Shown here in pieces: positions 1 through 9,295 of a stretch of DNA of 50,294 bases. A program made the position numbers and the translations under genes. Under the pieces are notes generated by a model. That model saw only the letters and a list, made by a program, of their open reading frames with translations, did not search any database and was not told where the DNA came from. The stretch's first letter is position 1. The number at the start of each line of letters is the position of its first letter. Where the stretch lies: the IMG/VR virus record IMGVR_UViG_3300017991_000020, positions 1 through 50,294 of that record; one strand, written 5' to 3'. The stretch comes from a virus (Duplodnaviria; Caudoviricetes).

Positions 1-123
1 AGCTCCATGGCCTGACGCTCCACCGCCAGACATTGACCTAGATACTAATGTCATTCCTATGCCAAGTGACCATGACACAAAAAGCTTCACGCAAAATGGC
101 CTGCCTTCAATGAAGTCTGTGTG
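1..123. repeat. Terminal direct repeat copy 1 (circular-assembly overlap)
   Basis: 1-123 is identical to 50172-50294 (agctccatggcc...gaagtctgtgtg); an ORF reads in frame across the junction. Confidence 0.95.
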
Positions 124-277
124 TATGTCATTCAGTGGTATTGGTGTGACACCCAAAGACATTGAGGAGTTCTTAGGCAGACCCATCATGAATGGTCCAC
201 TGACAACTGAGGAGTATGCGCTTTTAATGCGTGCCTATGACAAGATCAAAGAGGACATGAAGAAAGGAAGGGCTTAG
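1..277 (+). CDS. erf: C-terminal part of the ERF-family protein (the listed ORF 59..277 is not a separate gene)
   Basis: ATG 59 equals position 50230, which is in frame with ATG 49582. Confidence 0.85.
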   Translation, partial: APWPDAPPPDIDLDTNVIPMPSDHDTKSFTQNGLPSMKSVCMSFSGIGVTPKDIEEFLGRPIMNGPLTTEEYALLMRAYDKIKEDMKKGRA

Positions 278-278
278 A

Positions 279-548
279 ATGCCAACATTCCATTGTTACG
301 ACTTTAAAGATTTTAAGTGCTGCTCTTCCTGCCACAGTGAGTGGGAAGAAGGCCATGATGAGCCAACCCCTTTTGAGTATGATGGTGATACTATTGAGGG
401 GTGTTGTAACTTCTATGCTTGGTTTATGACCGAGATTAAAAAGATGGTGCCATGTGATCAGTGCAGAACAAACTGGGTGCTACAGCCAGGATATGGTTGC
501 TCTGTGTGTGGGACCGTTGGTTATGTGAAGGAAGACAAAGATGGTTGA
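279..548 (+). CDS. Small Cys-rich putative zinc-binding protein
   Basis: CCSSCH, CCN, CDQC and CSVC motifs; coupled to its neighbours. Confidence 0.65.
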   Translation: MPTFHCYDFKDFKCCSSCHSEWEEGHDEPTPFEYDGDTIEGCCNFYAWFMTEIKKMVPCDQCRTNWVLQPGYGCSVCGTVGYVKEDKDG

Positions 549-774
549 TAAAATAGGCAAAGACGGGTTTAAGTTTCTTTACGAGCATGACCCAAAAGAT
601 ATTGCAGATGCAACGTCTGCGAATATATTTCGCTTTACCCGTCAAGCCTTTGCAAACTTCGATGATATTTTTGATCACCTTGCCAAGAATGCTGATAAGA
701 AGCCAAGAGAAGAAGGACCCATCAAGATCAAACCTAAAGAGCCCTTGCTTCTCCCCCCAGGAAGAACTGATTGA
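541..774 (+). CDS. Hypothetical protein
   Basis: Overlapping start/stop with the upstream gene. Confidence 0.55.
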   Translation: MVDKIGKDGFKFLYEHDPKDIADATSANIFRFTRQAFANFDDIFDHLAKNADKKPREEGPIKIKPKEPLLLPPGRTD

Positions 775-963
775 CATAGTTGTTTTGCCAAGTCGATTAG
801 GTATACCATTTTTATCAAAGAATAACAGTTAGATTAATTTCCATAAAGCACAGCAAATAAAAAATACTGTGCCACTTTGTATAAGTTAAGTTTGCTGTTT
901 TTTTCTGATCCGAAATAACTTATAGTTCCTGAGACCCTTACACACCAGCCAAAGGAGCAGACT

Positions 964-1971
964 GTGGAGATTTTTATTGACGGCATATCATTCCCTAAGA
1001 GCACCCAATATGACAACCAATATCTCACTCAACTGTCAGAGGAAGGCATCCTTCTTAAGACCGCACGCAATGCCTATGAGACCACCGATGTTGATGTGTA
1101 CCCAGACCTACTTCCCAGATCCAAGAGGACCATTGATCATGCGCTCGATTGTTACAAGAGTGAATTACTGTACCACTGTGAGACCAAGAGAGAAGCACCG
1201 TTCTCATATGCCATATACCTGTTCTCGACCTTGAAGCGGATATCCGATATGCCAGATCCTAAAAGTGATAACGTTGATGTTTCGAAAAAAAGAAAAACCA
1301 CCAAAAAAGAAAAAAGCAGCGACTGTCCTAACATAGGGCTCGGAGAGACCGTTCCGAATATTACCCGTAGTTCAGATTTAAATAACCATTGCGATGACTG
1401 TAGTAAAGTTAAAACCGGAGAGGTTTTAAATTTGCGGCTAAACGACAAACCCGCACAGAGGGCTTTGGCGCTCAAGAGTTTCGAAGAAACTGCAGTTAAT
1501 GATCAAGATCAAACGGCACCTTGTCAAGGTCAAAATGAAAAGCCTAATGGTTCTAAAAAAGGTTTTACAAAAACACGTCAAAGGACCACTGTGAGTAAAA
1601 AGTATACAGAGGCGGACTTTGCGTTTGCGGAAGACTGGGTTGCTATGGCAAAAAGGAACTCAGTGTGGAGTGAGAAGACAAACATGAGCAGATTCAACGT
1701 TGAGAAGTTTGCAGAAGCCATTGCTAAGATGAGGCGCTTGTATGACCTAAATGACTTAGGTATAGAAGCTCTTATAGATTTTATTGATAACGATGAGTTT
1801 TGGAGAACTAATGCTTTATCACCTGTTAATCTTTTTAAAAGGAGTAATAATGGTTTAACAAAAATTGAAAATATTTTAACAAGAATGAAAAGAGTGTATA
1901 CTAAAAAAGAAAAGTTCTCCAAAGCGGTCCAGGCAGTGGAGAACAAGTCTTGGGACAATCCTTTTGATTGA
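964..1971 (+). CDS. Putative phage replication initiator (lambda O / replisome-organiser-like)
   Basis: SD AAGGAG before GTG; low-complexity Lys-rich linker; C-terminal helical domain with 'IDFIDNDEFWRTNALSPVNLFK' resembling phage initiator C-termini; followed by a loader-like gene. Confidence 0.6.
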   Translation: MEIFIDGISFPKSTQYDNQYLTQLSEEGILLKTARNAYETTDVDVYPDLLPRSKRTIDHALDCYKSELLYHCETKREAPFSYAIYLFSTLKRISDMPDPKSDNVDVSKKRKTTKKEKSSDCPNIGLGETVPNITRSSDLNNHCDDCSKVKTGEVLNLRLNDKPAQRALALKSFEETAVNDQDQTAPCQGQNEKPNGSKKGFTKTRQRTTVSKKYTEADFAFAEDWVAMAKRNSVWSEKTNMSRFNVEKFAEAIAKMRRLYDLNDLGIEALIDFIDNDEFWRTNALSPVNLFKRSNNGLTKIENILTRMKRVYTKKEKFSKAVQAVENKSWDNPFD

Positions 1972-1990
1972 CATAGAATGGAGTGCTTAG

Positions 1991-2539
1991 ATGAATATCA
2001 CCAAGTTTACTAAAATAATGTTGTACTATCAATCTCTACAACCCTACAGGTCGCCTGACTTTTCCAACCCTGGCGTTATAGACTTTTGGTTTAAGGCTCT
2101 TGGACACGTTGGTGTCGATAGGCTTAAGCATGTCATGGACCATTTTGCTTTGACCAGTGATCACTTCCCAGCGCTTAAGGAGATCAGAGAATCTCTTGGT
2201 GAGGGTGACAAGACTGGCGACGCGATGAGTCGAGACATCTCTGCAAGGATCGTTGGAGCAATCTCAAAGTTTGGTTATGCAAACTCAAAAGATGCTAAGG
2301 ACTACATTGGTCCAGTTGGCTGGCAGGTGGTTAGTATGACAGGTGGTTGGACAAGCATTTGTGAGAGAGCCACTAATGACAACATCTCTTTTCTTGAGAC
2401 TCAGTGGAGACATCTGATTGCTGCTCATGGCATGAGAGAGATCTCCAACTTAAGTCTTGGTGCAGGAGAGGAGAGACTTCAAATTGAAAAAAGCAGCCCA
2501 CTACAAAAAGCCCTCTCAATTGCAGAGAGTGGTGCATAA
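1991..2539 (+). CDS. Putative helicase loader/inhibitor (G39P-like N-terminus, DUF6475-like C-terminus)
   Basis: 'FWFKAL...HFPALKEIRE' and 'AISKFGY...VVSMTGGWTSIC' patterns; position after the initiator. Confidence 0.55.
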   Translation: MNITKFTKIMLYYQSLQPYRSPDFSNPGVIDFWFKALGHVGVDRLKHVMDHFALTSDHFPALKEIRESLGEGDKTGDAMSRDISARIVGAISKFGYANSKDAKDYIGPVGWQVVSMTGGWTSICERATNDNISFLETQWRHLIAAHGMREISNLSLGAGEERLQIEKSSPLQKALSIAESGA

Positions 2540-2891
2540 AAAAGAAGCAGAGATCCAAAGAGAAATACTTCATTATTTGAAGTGGAAGAAATACACTCAC
2601 TGGAGAAACTACGTTGGTCCTATAGTTCATGGGTATGGTGCCAAGCGTAGTTATTCTAAGAACCATATGGCTGGCCTTCCTGACATCCTTGGTATTTTCA
2701 AAAATAAACCTGGACAACTTTTCGGTATCGAAATAAAATCCAAGACTGGCAAATTAAGTACAGACCAAAAGTTATGGCTTAAGAGACTTGAAGACTCTGG
2801 CGTTTACGTTATGGTTGTGAGGAGTCTCGACACGGTCATTAAACTCCTAGAGGAGAGAGAGGCTTCCCATGCACGAGATTCTAAGCTTTGA
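2532..2891 (+). CDS. VRR-NUC domain nuclease (PD-(D/E)xK; putative Holliday-junction resolvase)
   Basis: E-x-EIQ...GLPDI...IEIKSKTGKLSTDQKLW motif; GTG 2532 is the likely start. Confidence 0.85.
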   Translation: MHKKEAEIQREILHYLKWKKYTHWRNYVGPIVHGYGAKRSYSKNHMAGLPDILGIFKNKPGQLFGIEIKSKTGKLSTDQKLWLKRLEDSGVYVMVVRSLDTVIKLLEEREASHARDSKL

Positions 2892-3738
2892 TATTGATGC
2901 TATTCAAGTAAGACCTGGTTGGAATATAAGAGGTGATATTAAGTCACAAGACATCACTTCACTTAAAGAGTCCATTGAAAAAATAGGACTTCAACAGCCC
3001 ATCATTGTGAACAGCAATAAAGAGCTCCTTGCTGGTTATCGTCGGTACACTGTATGCAAGGCTCTTGGACACAAGTTTATTCATTGTAAGGTTCTTGACT
3101 TTGAAGAGAACGCCTCAGACATGGAGAGATTAAGTCACCTTGATGAGAATCTTGAGAGCATGACACTGGGGACAAAGCAACTTGAGAAGGCTCTTGCAGA
3201 GAAGAAGGCTATTTATGCAAGGCTGTACCCATCCACTGTTGTGAGAGGACCAAAGAAGAGGAGTGATAAGAACAAGCTCACTAAGGTGTTTGAGAAGGTT
3301 GCTGCAAACCAGACAGGCAAGGATCCTGAGACAATAAGAAGGATGACAAAGCGTGTTGATAACGCCACGCCAGAAGTAAGGGAAGCCTATGAGAGAGATG
3401 AGATAAAGGCTTCTCAGGTTGACGAGATTGTTAAGCTTCCTAAGGAAGACCAGAAGAAGGTTCTCGAAAAAACAAAGGGTTCTTCTGTTGCTGAGACAAG
3501 GCTTGCTGTTGAGGACAGACTTAACAGAGACCTAATGCCAAAGCCCAGCACACAAGAGAGGTTTGTTCGCAAAGTTATAAACCACACAAAGGCTTTGAAC
3601 TTAATCTATGAGGACCTTATAAAGGGTCAGCAATTTAAAGATATCTCAGACCCACTGTACAAAGAGTTTGAGACAACATTCCAAGAAATTCTGGACAATA
3701 CTGACGAGCTTTTAAAACTTATTAATGGTGAGGATTGA
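2869..3738 (+). CDS. ParB/Srx N-terminal domain protein with HTH
   Basis: 'LKESIEKIGLQQPIIV...LLAGYRRY' ParB box; 'LDENL'; downstream helical HTH-like region. Confidence 0.85.
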   Translation: MHEILSFDIDAIQVRPGWNIRGDIKSQDITSLKESIEKIGLQQPIIVNSNKELLAGYRRYTVCKALGHKFIHCKVLDFEENASDMERLSHLDENLESMTLGTKQLEKALAEKKAIYARLYPSTVVRGPKKRSDKNKLTKVFEKVAANQTGKDPETIRRMTKRVDNATPEVREAYERDEIKASQVDEIVKLPKEDQKKVLEKTKGSSVAETRLAVEDRLNRDLMPKPSTQERFVRKVINHTKALNLIYEDLIKGQQFKDISDPLYKEFETTFQEILDNTDELLKLINGED

Positions 3739-3890
3739 TGTTATTTAAAACAGCAGCACTGAAGAAAACAAAAGACTACACCTTTTTTGAGTGGCTTCTT
3801 TTGTCTCCTGCACTGATCTGGTGCCTTGTTATGATTGTTGTCATGAGCTTGTTTGGTTTTTATATGACAAGAGACTGGAGCAAACTATGA
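3738..3890 (+). CDS. 50-aa membrane protein (not in the ORF track)
   Basis: MLFKTAALKKTKDYTFFEWLLLSPALIWCLVMIVVMSLFGFYMTRDWSKL; overlaps the upstream stop (TGATG) and the downstream start (ATGA). Confidence 0.6.
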   Translation: MLFKTAALKKTKDYTFFEWLLLSPALIWCLVMIVVMSLFGFYMTRDWSKL

Positions 3891-4225
3891 ACAGCATCTG
3901 GTCTTATAAGGGCAAAGTCACAAACGTTGTTGATGGTGACACGGTTGATGTTGATGTTGACCTTGGGTTTTACGTGTCCACACAACTTCGTTTTAGACTG
4001 GCAGGCATAGATGCTCATGAGATCAGAGGAGTTGAAGAGAGCGTCAAGGCTCTTGGCATGGAAGAGAAAAGATTTTTAGAAGAACTAATACTAGATAAAG
4101 ATGTTATCATTCAGAGTGACAAGACAGGGAAGTATGGAAGGTGGATCTGTGAGCTTTGGCTCAACAAAGAGAATGTGAATTTTCTTATGGACAGATACAT
4201 CAAAGACACGAACCGTTTACCGTGA
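3887..4225 (+). CDS. Thermonuclease (SNase-like) family nuclease
   Basis: VVDGDTVDV, RLAGIDAHE and GKYGRW motifs; ATG 3887 with SD GGAG. Confidence 0.9.
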   Translation: MNSIWSYKGKVTNVVDGDTVDVDVDLGFYVSTQLRFRLAGIDAHEIRGVEESVKALGMEEKRFLEELILDKDVIIQSDKTGKYGRWICELWLNKENVNFLMDRYIKDTNRLP

Positions 4226-4232
4226 GGTTGGT

Positions 4233-4580
4233 ATGATCCTTTATCTTTTGATTGCTGCTTTGCTTGGCGCTTGCACTTACAAAGAACCACCTTTGTATTT
4301 AAGGAAGTCAACCATCTATACATGCACTCACGAGCAAACCGAAGAGCTTGACAACTTTGTTGGTGGATGTCTTGAGGGTCCATACAGAGCAGAGCCACTG
4401 CTTGATGCAAGCCTAATGGAGACTTGTGTCACAATAGGACAAAGGCTTTTTTGCAACGAGACAGATGTTATATTTTATAGGGTGTTCATTGACGGGAAGT
4501 TTTTAAAAAGTGAGTACAAGCTTTGTGCAAATGCTTCTGGTCAATTAGAGAAGGATACTTGTGAAGAAGAGCGCTATTAA
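4233..4580 (+). CDS. Cys-rich putative lipoprotein
   Basis: Hydrophobic N-terminus with lipobox LGAC; six further Cys. Confidence 0.6.
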   Translation: MILYLLIAALLGACTYKEPPLYLRKSTIYTCTHEQTEELDNFVGGCLEGPYRAEPLLDASLMETCVTIGQRLFCNETDVIFYRVFIDGKFLKSEYKLCANASGQLEKDTCEEERY

Positions 4581-4921
4581 TCTTTGCAGTCCTCAATGAG
4601 TTTCTCCAACAACTCAATTGTCTTATTTGTGGTGGGAAGCTTGTGACAAATATATGAAGTTAAACAGCATATAATTGCAAGCTTCTCATCTATTCCATAC
4701 TTCTTATAAAAGGATCTCTCTCCAGTGTTGTGAAGTTCTATATGCCTTCTCGTAAAAAGAGGGATGGTTCTATAGTCAGATGGTTTAAGTCCCATACCAC
4801 CGTTCTGTCCTAGTCTGACATGATGAGCAACAACATTGTAGTCATTCCCCTCAACAAGGCATATTTGCCTTCTGATAAATCTTAAATAGTCCTCATTGCG
4901 ATATGTCCTTTTTTTTTGCAT
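4577..4921 (-). CDS. DUF968/HNH-like putative nuclease with a degenerate Zn site
   Basis: 'YLRFIRRQIC...AHHVR...GGMGLKPSDYRTIPL...HIELH' pattern. Confidence 0.65.
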   Translation of the reverse strand: MQKKRTYRNEDYLRFIRRQICLVEGNDYNVVAHHVRLGQNGGMGLKPSDYRTIPLFTRRHIELHNTGERSFYKKYGIDEKLAIICCLTSYICHKLPTTNKTIELLEKLIEDCKD

Positions 4922-4965
4922 AATGATCCTTGTATAATTTTTCGGTTTATAAAAGGTGTCTCTTT

Positions 4966-5280
4966 ATGAAGACAAAGTCTTTATCAAATATAATAATGGA
5001 GAGTTCAATCTCTGACTATTGCAAAAAGAATGAATGCAATGAATTGAATATCTCTGCTGTTGCCAAACACACTGGGACAAAAATGAGCTCACTATGGTTT
5101 TATGTCAAAGGTGAGAGGAAGTGGTCAGTTGATGCATGGCTCAAGACGCTTGCCTGCCTTGGTTCCCTTAAGTGCTATGGTGATGTGATAACCATAAAGC
5201 TTCCAAAGAATAAAGTTCAGAAGAAGCACCTGAACAAGCTTGGAGAAAAGGAGTACATGTCTAACCGTGTCAATAAGTGA
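4966..5280 (+). CDS. Putative HTH DNA-binding protein
   Basis: 'NISAVAKHTGTKMSSLWFYVKGERKWS' XRE-like helix-turn-helix. Confidence 0.5.
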   Translation: MKTKSLSNIIMESSISDYCKKNECNELNISAVAKHTGTKMSSLWFYVKGERKWSVDAWLKTLACLGSLKCYGDVITIKLPKNKVQKKHLNKLGEKEYMSNRVNK

Positions 5281-5584
5281 TTTTGAAAAGAACAGAGAGA
5301 TTGAAAAGTTCTTTAAGGATTCTGAGGAACCTTCAAGCAAAAAGAGAACTATAACTTTGCATAACAAAATCAACAAACTTGGGTCATACTTAGAATCAAA
5401 GATACAGGATGATAAAGCAAAAGAGATAGTCTTTAAGTTGATACAAGTTGCCTTCACTTCAAAAGCATACCTTGAGATAGAAGAGCACAAAGACTCTCCA
5501 ACAAGAGATGTACTTGTTGAAGCCCTCACTAACCTTAGAGACGTTCAACTTAACTATGAAGAAGTTGAGATTGAATTTTACTAA
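5240..5584 (+). CDS. Hypothetical protein (start uncertain)
   Basis: ORF track; phage-like codon usage. Confidence 0.45.
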   Translation: MEKRSTCLTVSISDFEKNREIEKFFKDSEEPSSKKRTITLHNKINKLGSYLESKIQDDKAKEIVFKLIQVAFTSKAYLEIEEHKDSPTRDVLVEALTNLRDVQLNYEEVEIEFY

Positions 5585-5796
5585 CGCTCAACTTCCTTTA
5601 GATCGACAACCCTCTTGTATCTTTTCATTACCTTCTTAACTAATTCATACTCATGGTCAACAGTGATACAGTCACCATTCTCCATTTCAAGGATTGAATG
5701 GTATCGGTTGTTTTTGGAAGCGTAGTATAGTGAAATCTTTTCAATGTTTATAGCTGCCTCTTTTGCTCCAGTTAGCTTTTTAAATTCGATAAACAT
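5581..5796 (-). CDS. Small protein resembling the FlbD/SwrD family
   Basis: Strong SD AAGGAG; pattern MFIEF..L.G....IN.E.I......SILEM.NG..I.V......V. Confidence 0.45.
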   Translation of the reverse strand: MFIEFKKLTGAKEAAINIEKISLYYASKNNRYHSILEMENGDCITVDHEYELVKKVMKRYKRVVDLKEVER

Positions 5797-5870
5797 ACCA
5801 TCTCCTTTTTTACTTTTCGTTTTAGAAATATTAGTTTAACATGCCTTAACAACAACATGGAAGGACAAAC

Positions 5871-6248
5871 ATGAACTTTGAATTTTTAGAAAAGTATCGT
5901 CTAGTTAAAGGACCAATGAAGACAAGTGCTGGTGATGACTATGGGTTCTTCTCAATACCATACAAAGCAAACACACTGAGGGTCATGGCTTCCCCAATGA
6001 GAGACGATAGAGAAAATAATGATCTTACCAAGTGGCAGCATGTCTCTGTTTCTTTGAAGAACCGTTGTCCAAACTGGCAAGAGATGTGCTTTGTCAAAGA
6101 CCTATTTTTTGGGGAAGAAGAAACTGTTGTGCAGTTCCACCCAAAGAGATCAGAGTATGTTAACAACAGTGACTATTGCTTACACCTTTGGAAGAAAAGA
6201 GGAGAAGAGTATGAGTTACCACCGTCTATTGCAGTTGGACTTAAGTAA
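5871..6248 (+). CDS. Conserved phage protein (DUF7694-like)
   Basis: WQHVSVS..RCPNWQEMCFVKDLFF.EEE.VVQFHP..SEYVN...CLHLW motif. Confidence 0.7.
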   Translation: MNFEFLEKYRLVKGPMKTSAGDDYGFFSIPYKANTLRVMASPMRDDRENNDLTKWQHVSVSLKNRCPNWQEMCFVKDLFFGEEETVVQFHPKRSEYVNNSDYCLHLWKKRGEEYELPPSIAVGLK

Positions 6249-6262
6249 GATGGGGGGTCTGT

Positions 6263-6703
6263 ATGAATAAGCCAGCAATGGTTGTGCTTCACTGTTCAGC
6301 AACGCCTGACTTTGATGAGCATGACAGACGCTTTGATAAGTATGGACTGAGAGAGATTGACGCCTGGCACAGAGAGAAGGGATGGGAAGGATGTGGTTAT
6401 CACTATGTCATAAGAAGAACTGGCAGCATTGAAAAGGGAAGACCGCACAATAAAGAGGGTGCCCATTGTCTGGGTCATAACAAGAACTCTATTGGCATTT
6501 GTTTTATCGGGACAAGAATACTTACGGTCAATCAACTAATGGCAATAACGGTCCTATACGACTCTCTCAGGGCACAAGAATCAATCAACTGTGATAACTG
6601 GTTCGGGCACAGTGAGCTCAAGACGAGTACAGATTGTCCAAATATTCACATGCCATTGCTTCGAATAATGTTAGAGGTGATTGACTTTAATAAAAACAAC
6701 TAG
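6263..6703 (+). CDS. N-acetylmuramoyl-L-alanine amidase (Amidase_2, T7-lysozyme-like endolysin)
   Basis: VLHCSAT, GYHYVI, GAHCLGHN..SIGIC and GHSE...DCP Zn-amidase motifs. Confidence 0.92.
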   Translation: MNKPAMVVLHCSATPDFDEHDRRFDKYGLREIDAWHREKGWEGCGYHYVIRRTGSIEKGRPHNKEGAHCLGHNKNSIGICFIGTRILTVNQLMAITVLYDSLRAQESINCDNWFGHSELKTSTDCPNIHMPLLRIMLEVIDFNKNN

Positions 6704-6808
6704 TTACACGACTGGCTTTTCGGTTTACAAAGATTGCAAGCCATAGTATACAGACATGACTTAGCTTTACTTTACTTTATTTTGGTTAACAACTAGGGAA
6801 GGAGTATA

Positions 6809-7006
6809 ATGAATGAAGTAAGATACATCTCAGTTCAAGATGCTGCAGACATCATGAATGTTTGTGAAGCAACCGTAAGACGTTGGTTCTCAAAAGGACT
6901 TAAGAAGAAGAAGGTAGGGAACCGATACCGTATAGAGTTCAATCACTTTTTAGACTTTATCAACAACAATGATTTATCAGACAAGAGAGGTATAAAATGC
7001 GTTTAG
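6809..7006 (+). CDS. Excisionase-like HTH DNA-binding protein
   Basis: 'YISVQDAADIMNVCEATVRRW...KKVGNRYRI' HTH_17-type pattern; SD AAGGAG. Confidence 0.8.
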   Translation: MNEVRYISVQDAADIMNVCEATVRRWFSKGLKKKKVGNRYRIEFNHFLDFINNNDLSDKRGIKCV

Positions 7007-7521
7007 TTTTATCAGCAATTGTTTTTAGTTTACTGCTTATTTCTTGTGGGCAAAGAAAAGAGAAGGAGAAGGAGCTTGTTTATAACGACCCAAGGACTGA
7101 AGAGTGTGGCAAGGAGATCTGCTATTGCCAGCCAAACCAGTGCGGTCAATGTCCAAGAGGCTCTTTGATCTCTATCGTAAACAAGAACACTTGTGAGCAA
7201 CAGAATAGCTGTGAGAAGCCAAAGCTTAAGACAGACGATGAGAACAGGACACCAATTATTATTGTTCAGCAGTCTCAGGATCAAGACCAGAACCAAACTG
7301 GAACAAACACAAACGATGTAAGCAACACAAACGACAACTCAAAGCCATTCACTGCAGTGATCAACTACAAAGAATATACATGCTACAGAACAAACACTTG
7401 CAACAAGTATGGAATGTCTTGTGGGTCCTCTGCTCAGACAGTGACACCTTCTGACTTTGGAGCGAAGACAATCACAGATCATAACGGTGAAGAAGCAACA
7501 TGTTACCCCAACAGGAGATAG
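6997..7521 (+). CDS. Cys-rich lipoprotein
   Basis: Signal peptide with lipobox LISC; many Cys; Gln/Asn/Thr low-complexity linker. Confidence 0.7.
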   Translation: MRLVLSAIVFSLLLISCGQRKEKEKELVYNDPRTEECGKEICYCQPNQCGQCPRGSLISIVNKNTCEQQNSCEKPKLKTDDENRTPIIIVQQSQDQDQNQTGTNTNDVSNTNDNSKPFTAVINYKEYTCYRTNTCNKYGMSCGSSAQTVTPSDFGAKTITDHNGEEATCYPNRR

Positions 7522-7524
7522 TCA

Positions 7525-7860
7525 ATGATAGAAGCCGATTTAATAATAGGTCGGTCTTATATAGTCGGGTCGTCGCTTGATGAGTGGCGGCTCGTACTTA
7601 TAAGGTCAAACCAATGGAAGGAAGCAGAGAGGTATGTGTTCACTAATGACTATGAGGAGTTGAAGCTATTCCCTCGATCTGCAATCAAGAAGCTGTTGCC
7701 AGAAAAGATCAACAGAGACGTTTATATTAATCTCTTCCAAGCAACCAAGGATGGGATCATAGGCGCTATATTTGACAACGAAGAGTCTGCTGTGAAGTTT
7801 CAGACAAAGGATCATGAGGTGAGTTTTAAAACCGTCCTAAGTTATAGGATGCCGGAATAG
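7525..7860 (+). CDS. Hypothetical protein
   Basis: SD AGGAG; operon packing. Confidence 0.6.
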   Translation: MIEADLIIGRSYIVGSSLDEWRLVLIRSNQWKEAERYVFTNDYEELKLFPRSAIKKLLPEKINRDVYINLFQATKDGIIGAIFDNEESAVKFQTKDHEVSFKTVLSYRMPE

Positions 7861-7868
7861 GAGATGGA

Positions 7869-8213
7869 ATGGACAAAGAAATGAGACTGGAGTTGTCAAA
7901 CTTTTTATCATCCAAAATATTTAATGAAGCCATGGAGACAAGGAAGGGTGTTCTTAATGTGACTGCCAGAGCTCAAACAACAACTTCTTCTATATGCGCT
8001 CTTCTTATATGCCAAGTGGCAAACAGCTCTTTAATGTCAATGGAAGCTTCTGGATTTAAACGCAAAGACGGTAAAGAGATAACACCGCACACAATAAGAG
8101 AGAACGCCAATGTGATGCTTGAAACAACCAAGGCGATGGTTGCTGAACTGTCAGAGGAGATTGTTAAAGAAGACTTTTTTGAGATTAATAAAATGGAGAT
8201 AGAGAGGGAATAG
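7869..8213 (+). CDS. Hypothetical protein
   Basis: SD GGAG; operon packing. Confidence 0.6.
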   Translation: MDKEMRLELSNFLSSKIFNEAMETRKGVLNVTARAQTTTSSICALLICQVANSSLMSMEASGFKRKDGKEITPHTIRENANVMLETTKAMVAELSEEIVKEDFFEINKMEIERE

Positions 8214-8218
8214 AAACA

Positions 8219-8623
8219 ATGAAACAGAGCACTAAAGATAAGGTCATTGGTTATGGCATTGTTGCTGCTATTGCTTCAATCATTATTGGTGGGGTTTACA
8301 TAGGCAAGGATCAGAAGATAAAGCCAACAGAACCAATTGAGAACGTGATCATTGAAGACGAGATAGATACGCCAAAGAAACCGGTTGTCCAAAGAAAAAA
8401 GACCACAAAACGGTTGTCTAAAAAACGACACAAGGTTGTCAAAAAAAAGAGCAAACCAAGACGTAAGTATGTGTGGAAGCCAAAGAAGAAGGCACCACTA
8501 AAAGGGTATGTCTACAGTCCTAAAAAAAAAGTCTTACCAGACATAGTCTCATACCCTGCCCACCTAGAGGATTACTATATATACGATTCAAAGACTGGGA
8601 ATTTTGTTTGGAGTGAGAAATGA
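8219..8623 (+). CDS. Membrane-anchored Lys-rich protein
   Basis: N-terminal TM helix (VIGYGIVAAIASIIIGGVYI) and a very basic central region. Confidence 0.6.
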   Translation: MKQSTKDKVIGYGIVAAIASIIIGGVYIGKDQKIKPTEPIENVIIEDEIDTPKKPVVQRKKTTKRLSKKRHKVVKKKSKPRRKYVWKPKKKAPLKGYVYSPKKKVLPDIVSYPAHLEDYYIYDSKTGNFVWSEK

Positions 8624-8826
8624 CAGACCTTAATGCAGAACACAAAAGATTAAAAGCTCGTGTTGAAGAGAGTTTCAACGTCTTCCTTCAATACTTCAAA
8701 GAGTATGAGGTCTTTGTGTTGAAGCATAGGGACTTCAAGTTTGAACAGGAGGTGATTCAATACCACAAAAGAGTTTTAAGGAAGAAGAAAAAAAGCAATG
8801 AAAAATGGACGAATTTGAGAAGTTAG
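8620..8826 (+). CDS. Hypothetical protein
   Basis: ATGA overlap with the upstream stop. Confidence 0.55.
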   Translation: MTDLNAEHKRLKARVEESFNVFLQYFKEYEVFVLKHRDFKFEQEVIQYHKRVLRKKKKSNEKWTNLRS

Positions 8827-9281
8827 AAAAAATTTTAACCATATATGAGCGTGTGCAAGAGTCCAATGTTAAGACAGCAAAGATCATGCACAACATGCAC
8901 CTGCACCGCTTAGAATTAGCTGAGAGGGCTTTTAAGATGCAAGGTAATACAGATTTTTTTTCAGAGTTCAATGCAAAGCTAAGAGAGGTCAACATCAATC
9001 CAACAGACCCACCAGTTGACCCCATGCCTGAGCCTACCCCAGAGCCTACCCCAGAACCGCCAAAGGAAGAAGCTCCTAAGCCTACACGAGAGCAGCAGGT
9101 CATAGGCAATATGAAATCATTCCTAGAGGTTGTTCTTCACAGACAGCAGAAGACTGCTGAGATGCACAAGACACTAATGGACGCCACTATGGAGTCCAAC
9201 AAAAAGATCTATGAATTTTACAAGCAAGTACAGGAAGACCTTAAACCACAAGACCTTAATAAGGTACAGAACAAATTTTAA
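8805..9281 (+). CDS. Hypothetical helical protein with a PEPT linker
   Basis: Two helical halves separated by a Pro/Glu/Thr repeat (cctgagcctacc ccagagcctacc). Confidence 0.6.
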   Translation: MDEFEKLEKILTIYERVQESNVKTAKIMHNMHLHRLELAERAFKMQGNTDFFSEFNAKLREVNINPTDPPVDPMPEPTPEPTPEPPKEEAPKPTREQQVIGNMKSFLEVVLHRQQKTAEMHKTLMDATMESNKKIYEFYKQVQEDLKPQDLNKVQNKF

Positions 9282-9295
9282 AAGGAGACATCCCT

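Noticed and set aside
1-123. 123-bp terminal repeat as a biological phage DTR
   Set aside because: It falls mid-gene (erf) and looks like an assembler overlap; it supports circularity and completeness but not the physical genome ends
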